A DNA stretch of 48,856 bases from an uncultured Atribacterota bacterium (GTDB lineage Bacteria > Atribacterota > Phoenicimicrobiia > Phoenicimicrobiales > Stramentimicrobiaceae), in NCBI GenBank assembly GCA_964560535.1, contig CAZLMD010000003.1, positions 1 to 48,856 of the forward strand. Direction: 5' to 3'. A program made the position numbers and the translations under genes. Of the stretch, positions 47,893 to 48,856 are shown piece after piece. Positions within the stretch are counted from its first letter, which is position 1; the number at the start of each line of letters is the position of its first letter. The notes beneath the pieces were generated by a model. The model did no database searches. It worked only from the letters and a program-made list of their open reading frames with translations, and was not told the DNA's origin.

Positions 47893-48856
47893 AGTATTAT
47901 GATGAATATAGAAACAAAAAACTCTGCCAGTCAATATTAAAGAGAATAAAGGAACTAACTACAGAAGAGATTAATATAATGGAAGTATGTGGCACACATA
48001 CCAGATCTATTTTCAGTTCTGGTATAAAGAGTCTATTACCAAAAAATATTCATCTAATTTCAGGACCAGGTTGTCCTGTATGTGTAACACCTCTCTCAGA
48101 TATAAACCACATGGTTGCACTGTCTAGAATTGAAGATACAATAATAGTTACCTTTGGGGATATGGTTAATGTGCCTGGCAGTTCATCCAGTTTAAAAGAA
48201 GAGAAGGCAAAAGGTGCTGACATAAGGGTAATCTATTCTCCTCTACAGGCACTGGAAATTGCTCAAGAATCTCCAGATAAACGGGTGATTCTTGTTGGCG
48301 TTGGATTTGAAACAACTATACCCTTACTGGCAAGTGTAATTCTAGAGGCTAGAAAGAGATCAATTTCCAATTTCTATCTCTTTAATCTTACCAAACTCAT
48401 GCCTCCTATTATAAAAGCTCTATTAAATAGCGGAGAAGTGAATATCGACGGAATGCTTTGCCCCGGGCATGTTAGTGTTATTATTGGCACCGAACCATAT
48501 AGATTTATTCCAGATCGTTATGGTATTGCCTGTGTAATAGCAGGCTTTGAACCTGTTGATATCTTAAGAGCAATATACCACCTCATTCAACAAAAAATAG
48601 AACAAGCACCAAGGGTAGAAAACAAATATTTAAGAGCAGTAAGAGAGGAGGGTAATCCCACTGCTCTCAATACTATTTCCCAGGTATTTTTGCCTGTTGA
48701 TAGCAATTGGAGGGGGATTGGTATGGTAGCTAAAAGTGGACTGGATTTAAAACCAGAATTCTCTGATTTTAATGCTCGCAATTTTTCAGTTAAGATTGAA
48801 AAAACAATAGAGAACAGTCTGTGTAGATGTGGAGATGTTTTAAGAGGGGTAATTAC
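47889..48856 (+). CDS. hypD: Hydrogenase maturation protein HypD (3' end truncated by the window)
   Basis: Absent from the ORF track because no stop lies inside the window. TTG 47889 overlaps the hypC TGA. The translation reads MKYYDEYRNKKLCQSILKRIKEL...MEVCGTHT...GPGCPVCVTP...GFETT, which is typical of HypD. Confidence 0.88.
   Translation, partial: MKYYDEYRNKKLCQSILKRIKELTTEEINIMEVCGTHTRSIFSSGIKSLLPKNIHLISGPGCPVCVTPLSDINHMVALSRIEDTIIVTFGDMVNVPGSSSSLKEEKAKGADIRVIYSPLQALEIAQESPDKRVILVGVGFETTIPLLASVILEARKRSISNFYLFNLTKLMPPIIKALLNSGEVNIDGMLCPGHVSVIIGTEPYRFIPDRYGIACVIAGFEPVDILRAIYHLIQQKIEQAPRVENKYLRAVREEGNPTALNTISQVFLPVDSNWRGIGMVAKSGLDLKPEFSDFNARNFSVKIEKTIENSLCRCGDVLRGVI

Overview
This is a 48.9-kb, AT-rich (roughly one-third G+C by eye), gene-dense chromosomal segment from what looks like an anaerobic bacterium. 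Almost every gene is on the + strand, and TTG starts and 4-nt start/stop overlaps are frequent. The first 22 kb is housekeeping: a tRNA-Leu/tRNA-fMet/tRNA-Met cluster, tilS-hpt-ftsH, a five-gene Opp/Dpp-type ABC importer, tRNA-Arg(CCT) plus argS, rapZ-yvcK-whiA, rpoN, gap, tpiA, secG, a nicotinate-PRTase-family gene and tRNA-Leu(GAG). From 22.7 kb to the window end lies a ~26-kb hydrogen/formate energy-metabolism supercluster. It starts with a 14-gene Mrp-Mbh (group 4) membrane [NiFe]-hydrogenase operon colinear with archaeal mbhA-N, followed by a convergent hydrogenase endopeptidase, a SPOR-domain protein and the redox repressor Rex. Next comes a sigma70-like promoter overlapped by a perfect 34-bp palindrome containing a canonical Rex box. 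That promoter drives five uncharacterised sensor-like genes (DRTGG, CBS-GHKL, DRTGG, PHP, GHKL) and then a NuoE/NuoF-type, Cys-type molybdopterin formate dehydrogenase. After these come focA, mobA, fdhD, a YqgF-like gene and hypF-hypC-hypD, with hypD running off the window end. I found no CRISPR array, transposase, integrase, phage gene or recognisable defence gene. The best candidate for something undescribed is the five-gene sensory module inside the Rex-controlled FDH operon. Other items worth a second look are the rex start-codon anomaly at an A6 run, a mini-ORF/alternative-hairpin leader ahead of the ABC importer, and helically phased direct repeats upstream of ftsH. All domain calls come from motif recognition by eye, not from database searches.
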